Positions 29,295 to 39,171 of a DNA stretch of 64,000 bases are shown piece after piece (the first letter of the stretch is position 1; each line of letters starts with the position of its first letter). The position numbers and the translations under genes are program-made. Below the pieces are notes generated by a model. It searched no databases, was not told the origin of the DNA, and worked only from the letters and a program-made list of their open reading frames with translations. Origin of the DNA: an uncultured Pseudomonadota bacterium (GTDB lineage: Bacteria > Pseudomonadota > Gammaproteobacteria > Burkholderiales > JALYOK01); the NCBI GenBank assembly GCA_902826775.1, contig CADEHE010000003.1:431892-495891 (forward strand), in the 5' to 3' direction.

Positions 29295-30440
29295 CTAGCG
29301 TTGCGGCGTCACGTAGCCGGTGATCTCAAGATCAAAACCGACCATGCTCGGCATGCGCATCGGATGCGCCATCACACGCATCTTACCCACACCGAGATCA
29401 CGCAGAATCTGCGCGCCTATGCCGTAACTGCGCGGATCCCATTTAGTCGCGCTCGCGCCAGGCTGCGCATTGGGTGCGAAGCGCTGCAGCAAATCTTGCG
29501 CGCTCTCCGGCCGGCGCAGCATCACGATCACCGCGCGCGGTGCCGCCGCGATATGACGCAGCGCTTCCACCACGCTGATGGCGTGGCGATTCGAACTGCT
29601 ATCCAAAAAATCCATCACCGAAATAGGCTCATGCACGCGCACCAGCGTTTCTTCGTCGCGCTCGATGGTGCCGCGCCGAAGTGCCAAGTGCACCTCTTGG
29701 CCGATGCGATCGAAATATGCGATCAAATCGAATTCGCCGTACGGCGTACTGACACGGCGCTCGCCCACGCGCTCGACCAGCGCCTCATTGCGGCTGCGAT
29801 AGTGAATCAAATCGGCGATGGTGCCGATCTTTAAGCCATGCAGGCGCGCGTACGCAAGCAAATCCGGCATGCGCGCCATACTGCCATCATCCTTCATGAT
29901 CTCGCATAGCACGGCAGCCGGCGTCAAACCCGCCAAACCCGCCAAATCGCAACATGCCTCGGTGTGCCCGGCGCGCACCAGCACGCCGCCCGGCTGCGCG
30001 ATCAGCGGAAACACGTGGCCCGGGTAGACGACATCGGCCGCTTTGGCGTCGGGCCGTGAAGCAACCCGGATGGTGTGCGCGCGATCTTGCGCGGAAATGC
30101 CCGTGGTCACGCCTCTGGCGGCTTCGATCGAGACGGTGAAGTTGGTGCCGTGCACCGAGCGATTGTTGCTGGTCATCGGCGCCAAGTTAAGCTGGGCGGC
30201 ATGCTCGGCGGTGATCGGCATGCAAATCAAGCCGCGTCCATGCGTCGCCATAAAATTGATCGCTTCGGCGGTGACGAAATCCGCGGCAATAACGAGATCG
30301 CCTTCGTTCTCGCGATCTTCGTCGTCGACCAGAACGACCATCTTTCCGGCCCGCAACTCGGCGACGATTTCCTCGATTGGACTGATGCCGGCACGCGCTT
30401 TGTCCGGCGCGACTGCCTGCAAGTGCGGGCGTTTGCTCAT
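29295..30440 (-). CDS. ribB: 3,4-dihydroxy-2-butanone-4-phosphate synthase fused to a degenerate GTP-cyclohydrolase-II-like domain (RibBX type)
   Basis: The N-terminal half is a canonical DHBPS: 'DDEDRENEGDLVIAA...GRGLICMP...FTVSIEA'. The C-terminal half reads 'LVRVHEPISVMDFLDSSSNRHAIS' where a functional RibA has 'VRVHSECLTGD...RCDCG'. Confidence 0.88.
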   Translation of the reverse strand: MSKRPHLQAVAPDKARAGISPIEEIVAELRAGKMVVLVDDEDRENEGDLVIAADFVTAEAINFMATHGRGLICMPITAEHAAQLNLAPMTSNNRSVHGTNFTVSIEAARGVTTGISAQDRAHTIRVASRPDAKAADVVYPGHVFPLIAQPGGVLVRAGHTEACCDLAGLAGLTPAAVLCEIMKDDGSMARMPDLLAYARLHGLKIGTIADLIHYRSRNEALVERVGERRVSTPYGEFDLIAYFDRIGQEVHLALRRGTIERDEETLVRVHEPISVMDFLDSSSNRHAISVVEALRHIAAAPRAVIVMLRRPESAQDLLQRFAPNAQPGASATKWDPRSYGIGAQILRDLGVGKMRVMAHPMRMPSMVGFDLEITGYVTPQR

Positions 30441-30482
30441 GGCATCATTATATTACGCGGCCAGCATGGCCGCCGCGCTGCC

Positions 30483-31082
30483 TCACGCGGTGTGCGATTG
30501 GCTGAGCAAGCGTTCGACATAACGGGCAATCATGTCGATCTCCAGATTCACTCTGCTGCCCAGCGCAAGATGCTGCAAGTTGGTCACCGCAAGCGTGTGC
30601 GGAATCAAGTTGATGCCGAACTCATCGCCGGCGACATCGTTCACGGTCAAGCTGACGCCGTTGACCGCTATCGAGCCCTTGCGCGCGATCAGCCGGCTCA
30701 GTTCGGCCGGCGCGCGTATGCGCATGCGCACGTGACCGCCATCAGGCTGCAGCCCTGTCACAGCGCCGACGCCGTCGATATGTCCCGTCACCAAGTGGCC
30801 GCCGATAGGATCGGCGAGCCGCAGCGCCTTCTCTAAATTGACCGCAGCGCCGACCTTATCCAAACCGGTCGTGCACGCCAGCGTTTCCTGCGATACATCA
30901 AAGGCGCACGAATCGGCGTGCTTCGCTACCAAGGTCAAACACACTCCGCTCACCGCAATGCTGTCACCGACAGCAGCGTCTTGCAGCGGCAAGCCATTCG
31001 CGTCGATCTCGATGCGCACGCTATCGGCGCCGGTGCGAACATGCACGATGGTCCCAACTGCCGCCACGATGCCAGTAAACAT
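30483..31082 (-). CDS. ribE: riboflavin synthase
   Basis: 'MFTGIVAAVGTI...GDSIAVSGVCLT', with a duplicated half 'KGSIAVNGVSLTV'. Confidence 0.93.
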   Translation of the reverse strand: MFTGIVAAVGTIVHVRTGADSVRIEIDANGLPLQDAAVGDSIAVSGVCLTLVAKHADSCAFDVSQETLACTTGLDKVGAAVNLEKALRLADPIGGHLVTGHIDGVGAVTGLQPDGGHVRMRIRAPAELSRLIARKGSIAVNGVSLTVNDVAGDEFGINLIPHTLAVTNLQHLALGSRVNLEIDMIARYVERLLSQSHTA

Positions 31083-31092
31083 GTCTCGGCTC

Positions 31093-32223
31093 CTACTCGA
31101 CTACGGCGCGCAATATGGGCGAGTCGGGATCGGCCGGCCGCACCCGTGCGGTGATGCGCAAATCCGCACCGATCCGCCGTGCCTCGGTAATTTCGAGCGC
31201 GATACGCTCACTTAACTCGTTCATCGGGGGCATGCTGAACATGCCGCGCGCCTGATCGCCCAGAATGCTCGGTGCAAAATAGATGAGTACCTCATCAACC
31301 ACGCCGGCGCGCAGCAAAGAGCCATTCAACTTGTTGCCCGACTCAACCAACACTTCGTTCACTTCGCGCCGCGCCAACTCGCGCATCATCTGCTCGAGCT
31401 CAACTTTGCCGTCCGCATTCGGCAACACGATCACTTCGGCGTTGCGCGCTTGCAGCGCGGCGATCTTCGCCTCGTCGCGCAGCGCGGCAAAGACCAGAGT
31501 TCGCCCGGTGTCGAAAATTTTAGCTGCGGGCGAGGCGCTCAGTCGGCTATCGACCAATACGTGCATCGGCTGGCGCGTGGTTGTCACGGCGCGCACGGTA
31601 AGCCGCGGATCGTCGTCCTTGAGGGTGCCGACGCCGGTCATGACCACGCACGAACGCGCGCGCCACGCATGAGCGTCGGCGCGCGCCTGCTCGCCGGTGA
31701 TCCACTGGCTCGCGCCATTCGACAGCGCAGTTCTGCCGTCGAGACTGGCGGCCACCTTTACCCGCACCCAGGGACGCCCGCGCGTAAAGCGCGCCACGAA
31801 CCCCACGTTCAACGCCGCCGCCTCAGCCGCGAGCAAGCCCTCCTCGACGCCGATGCCGGCGGCGCGTAACGCGGCAAAGCCTCTGCCCGCGATAAGCGGG
31901 TTCGGGTCTAGCATCGCCGCGACCACGCGGCGTATGCCTGCGCGCACCAGCGCATCGGCGCACGGCGGCGTGCGGCCATGATGCGCGCAAGGCTCGAGCG
32001 TCACATACAAATCCGCGCCGGCAGCCGCTGCCCCGGCGTGCTGCAACGCGTTGATCTCGGCATGCGCCAATCCGGCACGCTCGTGCCAACCTTCGCCCAC
32101 CACACGGCCGTCTGTCACGACGACGCAGCCGACGCGCGGGTTGGGCGTGGTAGTAAACAAGCCGCGCTCTGCCAGCGCCAAGGCGCGCGCCATGAAATCA
32201 CGATCTGCGGCGGTGAATGCCAT
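31093..32223 (-). CDS. ribD: bifunctional diaminohydroxyphosphoribosylaminopyrimidine deaminase / 5-amino-6-(5-phosphoribosylamino)uracil reductase
   Basis: Deaminase zinc motif 'HAEINAL...TLEPCAHHGRTPPC', followed by the reductase half 'VRVKVAASLDGR'. Confidence 0.93.
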   Translation of the reverse strand: MAFTAADRDFMARALALAERGLFTTTPNPRVGCVVVTDGRVVGEGWHERAGLAHAEINALQHAGAAAAGADLYVTLEPCAHHGRTPPCADALVRAGIRRVVAAMLDPNPLIAGRGFAALRAAGIGVEEGLLAAEAAALNVGFVARFTRGRPWVRVKVAASLDGRTALSNGASQWITGEQARADAHAWRARSCVVMTGVGTLKDDDPRLTVRAVTTTRQPMHVLVDSRLSASPAAKIFDTGRTLVFAALRDEAKIAALQARNAEVIVLPNADGKVELEQMMRELARREVNEVLVESGNKLNGSLLRAGVVDEVLIYFAPSILGDQARGMFSMPPMNELSERIALEITEARRIGADLRITARVRPADPDSPILRAVVE

Positions 32224-32255
32224 GATGAAGCGTTAAGGTAGGGAGCGCGCAGCGC

Positions 32256-32699
32256 TCACAGATCTTCGACGATGTTGCGGAAATCTTCGACGTCTTGGAA
32301 CGAGCGGTAAACGGAGGCGAAGCGCACGTAGGCGACTTTGTCCATCTTGCGCAACTCTTCCATGGTAAGTTCGCCCAGCCAGCGCGAATCAATTTCACGT
32401 TCGCCCAGCGCCAGCGCCTTTTGCTCAATGCGCGCCAGCGCGGCGTCGACCAACTCGGTGGAAACGGGCCGTTTGTGCAATGCGCGCATGAAGCCGGTAC
32501 GCAGTTTCTCGCGCGCGAACTCCTCGCGCTTGCCGTTGCTTTTCACCACTTGCGGCAAACGCAACTCGGCAGTTTCGTAGGTGGTGAACCGCTTGCTGCA
32601 ACTGGCGCAACGCCGCCGCCGCCTGATGCTGGTGCCTTCCTCGCCGACACGAGAATCGATAACTTGAGTGTCGGGCGTACCGCAGAAAATGCATTTCAT
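32256..32699 (-). CDS. nrdR: transcriptional repressor NrdR
   Basis: The internal ATG gives '[18 protein letters not shown]...[17 protein letters not shown]', a zinc ribbon followed by an ATP-cone. Confidence 0.93.
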   Translation of the reverse strand: MKCIFCGTPDTQVIDSRVGEEGTSIRRRRRCASCSKRFTTYETAELRLPQVVKSNGKREEFAREKLRTGFMRALHKRPVSTELVDAALARIEQKALALGEREIDSRWLGELTMEELRKMDKVAYVRFASVYRSFQDVEDFRNIVEDL

Positions 32700-32718
32700 G
32701 CAGGCTGGGCTCCGCGGG

Positions 32719-34053
32719 CTAGGATTTCTTTTCCGGCGGCACCAGCTTGGCGAGGTTTTCGCGCCGGCGCTCGCGCGGCCCGACACGGCGGTCGGTGAAA
32801 CCGCGGTAGTAAACTGGAAAAGCTTCGCATAGCTCCTTCACCGTGGCACTCACTTTCTCCAGGCGCTTGGCGTCCTCCGGCGCATCCAACACATCGGCGA
32901 TCAATTGACCAAGCTGCTCGCAAGCGCCTTCGTCGAAACCGCGCGTAGTCAAGGCCGGGGTGCCGATACGAATGCCGCTGGTAACCATCGGCTTTTCCGG
33001 ATCATTGGGCACGGCATTCTTGTTGACGGTAATCGAACAGGCGCCGAGCGCCGCTTCCGCCGCTTTGCCGGTCAACTTCTTCGGCCGCAGATCGACGAGA
33101 AACAGATGCGAATCGGTGCCGCCGGAGACGATGCGCAAACCGCGCTGCTGCAATGTCTCGGCCAACTTGCGCGCGTTGGCGACCACTTGCTTTTGGTAGA
33201 CGACAAAATGTTCGCTCTGCGCTTCTTGGAACGCCACCGCCTTCGCGGCGATGACGTGCATGAGCGGTCCGCCCTGTTGTCCGGGAAACACCGCCGAAGC
33301 CACCGCTTTCTCCTGCTCAGCCTTTGCCAAAATGAAGCCGCCGCGCGGCCCGCGCAAAGTCTTGTGTGTGGTGCTGGAAACAAAATCCGCTGAACCGACT
33401 GGACTGGGGTATACCCCGGCCGCGATCAAACCGGCATAGTGCGCCATGTCGACGAACAGCAATGCGCCGGCATCTTGCGCAATCTGCGCAAATTTAGCCC
33501 AATCGATCACGCGCGAATACGCGGACGCGCCCGCCACGATAAGCTTCGGCTGATGCTCCTTCGCCAACTTGGCGACTTCGTCGTAGTCGATTACTTCGGT
33601 CTTGGGATGCAGCCCGTAGCTGACGATGTTGTACAGGCGCCCGGAAAAATTGACCGGCGAGCCGTGCGTCAGATGACCGCCATGCGCGAGCGACATGCCG
33701 AGGACGGTGTCGCCCGGTTTGATTGCCGCGGCGTACACTGCCGCGTTGGCCTGCGCCCCCGAATGCGGCTGCACATTGGCGTACGGTGCGCCGAACAATT
33801 CCTTCACGCGGTCGATTGCCAGCTGCTCGACTTTATCCACGTGCTCGCAACCGCCGTAGTAACGCTTGCCGGGATAGCCTTCAGCATACTTGTTGGTCAG
33901 CACCGAGCCTTGCGCTTCCATCACCGCCGGACTGACGTAGTTCTCAGAAGCGATCAGCTCGAGGTGGTCTTCTTGACGCTGGAACTCGGCGTCGAGCGCC
34001 GCCCAAAGTTCAGGGTCGCTATGCGCGACGCTGGGATTAGAGAGGTAAGCCAT
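32719..34053 (-). CDS. glyA: serine hydroxymethyltransferase (with unusual basic C-terminal extension)
   Basis: '[39 protein letters not shown]...[14 protein letters not shown]'. At 444 aa it runs about 29 residues past the usual '...FPVY' end. Confidence 0.92.
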   Translation of the reverse strand: MAYLSNPSVAHSDPELWAALDAEFQRQEDHLELIASENYVSPAVMEAQGSVLTNKYAEGYPGKRYYGGCEHVDKVEQLAIDRVKELFGAPYANVQPHSGAQANAAVYAAAIKPGDTVLGMSLAHGGHLTHGSPVNFSGRLYNIVSYGLHPKTEVIDYDEVAKLAKEHQPKLIVAGASAYSRVIDWAKFAQIAQDAGALLFVDMAHYAGLIAAGVYPSPVGSADFVSSTTHKTLRGPRGGFILAKAEQEKAVASAVFPGQQGGPLMHVIAAKAVAFQEAQSEHFVVYQKQVVANARKLAETLQQRGLRIVSGGTDSHLFLVDLRPKKLTGKAAEAALGACSITVNKNAVPNDPEKPMVTSGIRIGTPALTTRGFDEGACEQLGQLIADVLDAPEDAKRLEKVSATVKELCEAFPVYYRGFTDRRVGPRERRRENLAKLVPPEKKS

Positions 34054-34238
34054 GTTTCCGCCCGGTGGTAGTTTGTTGTGGTCTTAAACCTGACGCTGCT
34101 GCACCTACTCTTTTGGACAGTGCGACCGCCGCTGTCGGTTTACAACATATTGTGCCAGATGGGCGCGTGCCGGCCCAGTGTTGTATACGCTAGCCGACCC
34201 TAGCCCGTTCGCCGGGCGCTTGCACGGACGGGGCTTGC

Positions 34239-34532
34239 TCAAATCGAGCGCCGGCCCCTAGCCCGGCCCAAGAATGCAAGCGCAACGCCGGCCAGCAACA
34301 GCAATAGCGCGGCGGCCAAAAGGGTTTGCCAATCCATCGCCCGCCGCATTCCTTCGAGCAACTCCGGTGCCGCGAACGGCTCGCAGACCATCGCGCAGAG
34401 CTGTTCAAAGCGCCACCGCTGCAGCGCGGTGAACAGCAGCCATCCCGCCCACGTCAGCACGCCGAGCGCAAGCAATCGACGCACGAACTTGCCGCGATCC
34501 GGTACGGGCCATCGCCGCGGCGGCCGCCTCAC
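34239..34532 (-). CDS. hypothetical small 2-TM membrane protein
   Basis: A GTG lies 15 nt after the ior stop. The N-terminus is Arg-rich, followed by 'LLALGVLTWAGWLLFTAL' and 'TLLAAALLLLLAGVALAFLG'. Nothing in it is recognisable by eye, so it is weakly supported. Confidence 0.3.
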   Translation of the reverse strand: MRRPPRRWPVPDRGKFVRRLLALGVLTWAGWLLFTALQRWRFEQLCAMVCEPFAAPELLEGMRRAMDWQTLLAAALLLLLAGVALAFLGRARGRRSI

Positions 34533-34546
34533 AAGGCCTGCCTGAC

Positions 34547-37500
34547 CTACGCCGCGGCCTTCGCGGTGGGTACGGCGGAACTGTTGAATGTCGCCCACAA
34601 CTCGCTTTCGCGCTGCTTCGCCTGCACGAGATGCCGTTCTTTGACATGCCCGTAGCCGCGTATATGCTCGGGAATAGAGGCTAGCTCGACCGCGGTGGCG
34701 TAGTTGCCTTCGCTCAGCGCAGCCAAGACCTGGTCGACCAGGCGTTCGTAGTCAGCGATCAGTTGCCGCTCGGTGCGGCGCTCATGCGAGTAGCCAAAGA
34801 CATCGAGTGCAGTGGCGCGCAGCCCTTTGAGCTTCGCCAGCACACCAAGTGCGCGCAGCATCCACGGGCCGAAGCGGCGCTTGACCGGCACGCCTTCCGC
34901 GTTGCGCTTTTCCATGATCGGCGGCGCCATGTGGAAGCTCAGCTTGAAATCGCCCTCGAACATGTCACCAAGCTTTTTCTCGAAACCCCCATCGGTATAG
35001 AGCCGAGCCACTTCATATTCGTCTTTGTACGACATAAGCTTGGCGTAGTATCGTGCCACCGCCATGCTCAAATCGGTGCGGCCCTTTGTCTTCTGCGCCT
35101 CGACTTGGCGCACACGCTCGACCAACTGCCGATAGCGCTCGGCGTAAGCGGCGTTCTGATAACCGGTGAGGTGTTCGACGCGGCTCGCGATCAACTCATC
35201 CAAGCTTTGCGACAACTTCGCTTTCGGCACCGCGCTGGCGGGTGCCACCGCCTTCTCGACTTGCGCCAAATCGACCACGGCGCGCCGTCCCCACAGAAAC
35301 GCTTGCTTGTTCATTTCCACCGCGGCGCCGTTAAGTTCGATGGCGCGCTCCAGCGCAACACTCGACACCGGCAGCCAGCCCTTCTGGAAGGCGTAGCCGA
35401 CCAAGAACAGATTCGTCGCCAGCGAATCGCCCATCAGCGCGGTGGCCAAGCGGCTGGCATTGATGAACTCGACATGATCGCGCCCGACCTTGTCGATGAT
35501 CGATTGCTCCAGCGCATTCCACGGCAAAGTGAAATCGGCCTTGCGCGCGAACTCACCGGTCATGCTTTGATGCGTGTTCACCACCGCACGTGTGGCGTTG
35601 TGCTTCAAGATCCCCAGCGTTTCGTGGCCACCGGACACCAGCACGTCGCCGCCGATCAGCAAGTCCGCTTCGCCGGCGGGAATGCGCGTTGACTTGACGT
35701 CCTCCGGCGTGCGCGCGACGCGCAAGTGGCTGGTGACGGCCCCGCCCTTCTGCGCCAAGCCGGCCATATCGAGCACACCGCAACCCTTGCCCTCCAAGTG
35801 CGCCGCCATGCCGATCAGCGCGCCGATGGTAATGACGCCGGTGCCGCCGATACCGGTGATCGCGATGCTATAGGGCCGATCCAGCGCCGGCTGCGCCGGC
35901 TCGGGCAATGGCGGCCACACCAGTTCGACGCTGGATGCTTTGCCCTTTTTCAGCTTGCCGCCTTCGACGGTGACGAAGCTCGGGCAAAAACCCTTCAAAC
36001 AGGAGAAATCTTTGTTGCACGCCGATTGATCGATGGCGCGCTTGCGGCCGAACTCCGTGTCGACCGGCGTGACTGCGATGCAGTTCGACTGCACGCCGCA
36101 ATCGCCACAGCCCTCGCATACTTGTTCGTTGATGACCACGCGCCGCTGCGGATCGGGGAATTTGCCGCGCTTGCGGCGGCGGCGCTTCTCCGCCGCGCAG
36201 GTTTGATCGTAGACGATTACCGACATGCCCGGCACTTCGCGGAACTCGCGCTGCACCGCGTCGTAGTCGTCACGATGGTAAACTTTCACGCCTGGCGCGA
36301 ATTCGACATTGGCGCCGTATTTCTCCGGTTCGTCGGTGACGACCGCGATCTTCTTCGCTCCTTCGGCATACACCTGCAGCGTAATCTGCGGCACGGTAAG
36401 CGGGCCGTCGTGCTGCTGCCCACCGGTCATCGCGACCGCGTCGTTATACAGAATCTTATAGGTGACATTGACACCCGAAGCAGCCAGCGCGCGGATCGCC
36501 AGCAAGCCCGAGTGATAGTAGGTGCCGTCCCCGATGTTCTGAAACACGTGCTTGGTTTTCGAGAACGGCGCTTCGCCCATCCAGCCGGCGCCTTCAGCGC
36601 CCATTTGCGTGAAGCCGCTGGTGTTGCGATCCATCCACACCGCCATGAAGTGACAGCCGATGCCGGCCATGGCCATGCTGCCCTGCGGGATCTTGGTGCC
36701 GGTGTTGTGCGGGCAACCGGGACAGAAATGCGGCGTGCGCACCGGGCCAGGGCCGCTATGTTGTTCCCCGGCATATAGTCTCTCGCAGCGCGCGATGGTC
36801 TCTTGCAGTGCCGCGTCGTTGTGATACTGCGCGATGCGCCGGCCGAGCACGCCGGCAATATGATTGGCGTCCAACGCGCCGGAGGACATGAACAGCGGCG
36901 CGCCATTCTCGTCCTGCTTGCCGATCACGCGCGGTGCGTTCGGCATGCCGTACAGAATTTCTTTTAGCTGGCTTTCGATAATGCCGCGCTTTTCCTCGAT
37001 ACAGATAACGAGGTCCAATCCATCGACGAATTGCTTGATGCCTTCAGGCTCGAGCGGATACACCAGCGCCACTTTGTACAAGCGCACGCCGAGGCCGCTC
37101 AGCTTGGCTTCGTCCAACCCCATCAAATCGAGCGCGGTGCGCGCATCGAGATAGCTCTTGCCGGTAGCGACGATGCCGATCTTCGCGTGCGGCGCAGCGA
37201 TGACGGTTTTGTCCAACTTATTGGCACGTGCGAATGCGCGCACCGCTTGATGCTTGTAGTTGTGCAGCCGCGCTTCTTGTGCGCGCGCGGTGTCGGGCCA
37301 ACGTACGTGCAAGCCATCCGGCGGCGGCGTGAAATCAGTCGGGATCTGAATCTGAATGCGATGATTGTCGACATCCACCGTCGCGGCGGTATTCACCGTG
37401 TCGTGCACACACTTGATACCGACCCAGCATGCCGAGTAGCGCGACAGCGCCCAGCCATAGATGCCGTAATCGAGAATTTCCTGCACGCCGGCCGGATTGA

Positions 37501-38020
37501 GTATCGGCATCATGGCGTCCACCATGGCGTACTCGCTGGAATGCGCGGCGGTCGAAGATTCCGCCGTGTGATCGTCGCCGAGCAGCGCCAGCACGCCGCC
37601 GAGCGGCGAAGTACCGGCATTGTTGCCGTGCTTGAACGCATCGCCGGTGCGATCCACGCCCGGGCCTTTGCCGTACCAAATGGCGAATACGCCGTCGTAC
37701 TTGCCCTCGCCGCGCATCTGCGCCTGCTGCGTGCCCCAGCACGCGGTCGCAGCCAACTCTTCGTTCACGCCCGGCTGAAATTTGATGTGATGCGCATCGA
37801 GCAGCGCGCGTGCCTGCCACAACTGCTGATCGTAGGTCCCGAGCGGCGAGCCGCGATAGCCGGAGATGTAGCCGGCGGTATTGAAGCCCGCCTTCTCGTC
37901 GCGCAAGCGCTGCATCATCGGCAGGCGCGTCAGCGCCTGAATGCCGGTGAGAAACACGCGGCCCTGGTCGAGCGTGTACTTGTCCTCGAGCGTGACAACT
38001 TTCAGATCGGTGAGATCCAT
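34547..38020 (-). CDS. indolepyruvate:ferredoxin oxidoreductase family protein (fused alpha/beta form)
   Basis: 1157 aa. 'DKYTLDQGRVFLTGIQALTRLPMMQ', a TPP region, and the ferredoxin motif 'CEGCGDCGVQSNC'. Confidence 0.88.
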   Translation of the reverse strand: MDLTDLKVVTLEDKYTLDQGRVFLTGIQALTRLPMMQRLRDEKAGFNTAGYISGYRGSPLGTYDQQLWQARALLDAHHIKFQPGVNEELAATACWGTQQAQMRGEGKYDGVFAIWYGKGPGVDRTGDAFKHGNNAGTSPLGGVLALLGDDHTAESSTAAHSSEYAMVDAMMPILNPAGVQEILDYGIYGWALSRYSACWVGIKCVHDTVNTAATVDVDNHRIQIQIPTDFTPPPDGLHVRWPDTARAQEARLHNYKHQAVRAFARANKLDKTVIAAPHAKIGIVATGKSYLDARTALDLMGLDEAKLSGLGVRLYKVALVYPLEPEGIKQFVDGLDLVICIEEKRGIIESQLKEILYGMPNAPRVIGKQDENGAPLFMSSGALDANHIAGVLGRRIAQYHNDAALQETIARCERLYAGEQHSGPGPVRTPHFCPGCPHNTGTKIPQGSMAMAGIGCHFMAVWMDRNTSGFTQMGAEGAGWMGEAPFSKTKHVFQNIGDGTYYHSGLLAIRALAASGVNVTYKILYNDAVAMTGGQQHDGPLTVPQITLQVYAEGAKKIAVVTDEPEKYGANVEFAPGVKVYHRDDYDAVQREFREVPGMSVIVYDQTCAAEKRRRRKRGKFPDPQRRVVINEQVCEGCGDCGVQSNCIAVTPVDTEFGRKRAIDQSACNKDFSCLKGFCPSFVTVEGGKLKKGKASSVELVWPPLPEPAQPALDRPYSIAITGIGGTGVITIGALIGMAAHLEGKGCGVLDMAGLAQKGGAVTSHLRVARTPEDVKSTRIPAGEADLLIGGDVLVSGGHETLGILKHNATRAVVNTHQSMTGEFARKADFTLPWNALEQSIIDKVGRDHVEFINASRLATALMGDSLATNLFLVGYAFQKGWLPVSSVALERAIELNGAAVEMNKQAFLWGRRAVVDLAQVEKAVAPASAVPKAKLSQSLDELIASRVEHLTGYQNAAYAERYRQLVERVRQVEAQKTKGRTDLSMAVARYYAKLMSYKDEYEVARLYTDGGFEKKLGDMFEGDFKLSFHMAPPIMEKRNAEGVPVKRRFGPWMLRALGVLAKLKGLRATALDVFGYSHERRTERQLIADYERLVDQVLAALSEGNYATAVELASIPEHIRGYGHVKERHLVQAKQRESELWATFNSSAVPTAKAAA

Positions 38021-38533
38021 GCGGGTCCTGGCTGATACTGCCTTTAGTAAATCTCTAAAACTCGCCTTAACGCTAACTCAAAAGCTAATCCTGTTAGCTG
38101 TATATCAGAATAACGATGCTGCGTTGACCAAAATCTTAGCACGTGCGCCGCCTTTACTGGCGCTGTCTGACATGGCCATGCAAGCAACCTACGCTGCGCG
38201 CAGGCTGCCGCAAACAAATAACCACTACATAAGCGGGATTGGGAGCCAATCCATGCGAAGATGCCTAAATGAAGAGTTGCGCGGCTAACACGCCGCGCGT
38301 CCTTACCGATTCCGGGTCTCACGCCAAGCACGGGACCCATTGCAACGCGGAAGTGCGCTATGCATGCTAGCGCCCGGCCTGCTGTTCCCAACGATTGCAT
38401 GCCAAGGGCGCCGGGGCTGCTTCGCTGACCGGCGCGTTTCACTCTGGCCAATTCACCAAGTCGCAGCGCTAGCCAAGGCCACTTCTTTGCCTGGCTTTGC
38501 AGGCTCGCGCCGCCTTAACCATGGAGTACGAAA

Positions 38534-38812
38534 ATGAGCTTCACAATTTGGATCATCGCCGGCGGTCTCATCAGTTTGCTTGCCAGCGTCGTCATGCGCA
38601 CCGTCTCCGCCGAGGGTTTGTTCCTGAATGCCGCAGCGGGGGTCGTCGGCGCGATGGTGGGTGGTGGGGTTGTGGGCCCCATGCTAGGCACCGCAACGAC
38701 CTACCAAAGTCATGACTTTAGTCTGCCATCGCTGGGGTTAGCCTGTATCACCGCCCTTGTCCTGCTGATCATCGCGAATTTCATTCGCCGCTTTGCGCTC
38801 GATCCGGCCTAA
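38534..38812 (+). CDS. GlsB/YeaQ/YmgE family (transglycosylase-associated) stress membrane protein
   Basis: 92 aa. 'MSFTIWIIAGGLISLLASVVM...AAGVVGAMVGGGVVGPMLG'. Confidence 0.75.
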   Translation: MSFTIWIIAGGLISLLASVVMRTVSAEGLFLNAAAGVVGAMVGGGVVGPMLGTATTYQSHDFSLPSLGLACITALVLLIIANFIRRFALDPA

Positions 38813-39121
38813 GTGAATCTCGAAACTCGCGCAGCGCATCAAACGATCACCGAAAAGACCGCGCATGAATTCCATCGCCGCATGGCGGCGATCATCGAAG
38901 CGGTTCAAGCCGGTGTCTGCCAATCCGGACTGCACCAGTTGCTCGGCTACGCCACCGACTATGCGGCGGACCAGGAGACCGGGCAGCAAACCCTGGTGCT
39001 GAAAACGCGGGGGCGTTCCGCTTATGTCCGCTTGCAGTGGGACCAGGTTCTCGGAGACACGCCTGCCGATCGGCAGCTTGTAGATGGCGCGATCCGCAGC
39101 GCGATCAACGAACTGTCGTAG
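38813..39121 (+). CDS. hypothetical protein
   Basis: 102-aa ORF with a GTG start immediately after the preceding TAA. No motif recognised. Confidence 0.4.
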   Translation: MNLETRAAHQTITEKTAHEFHRRMAAIIEAVQAGVCQSGLHQLLGYATDYAADQETGQQTLVLKTRGRSAYVRLQWDQVLGDTPADRQLVDGAIRSAINELS

Positions 39122-39171
39122 CCCGCTCGGACCCTGCGCGCGGCTTTCCCGGGTGCAGCGGAGACTTCTCG

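Noticed and set aside
29193-32255. Looked for an FMN (RFN) riboswitch in the riboflavin operon spacers
   Set aside because: The spacers are only 102, 42, 10 and 32 nt, and none shows the conserved RFN core.
34054-34240. Looked for a ZTP (pfl) or other riboswitch in the glyA leader, because 'accaccgggcgg' resembles part of the pfl core
   Set aside because: The other conserved blocks (GACUGGCG-like 5' element, 3' CGCCUGGGC pseudoknot strand) are absent, and the match abuts the start codon.
38021-38533. 513-nt non-coding region upstream of the ior gene, including ORF 38044..38451 and the small inverted repeat AGCTAA-tcctg-TTAGCT (38083-38099)
   Set aside because: The ORF has no start context, motif or coding-like composition. 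The 6-bp inverted repeat is too short to call a site. I could not recognise any known RNA motif there.
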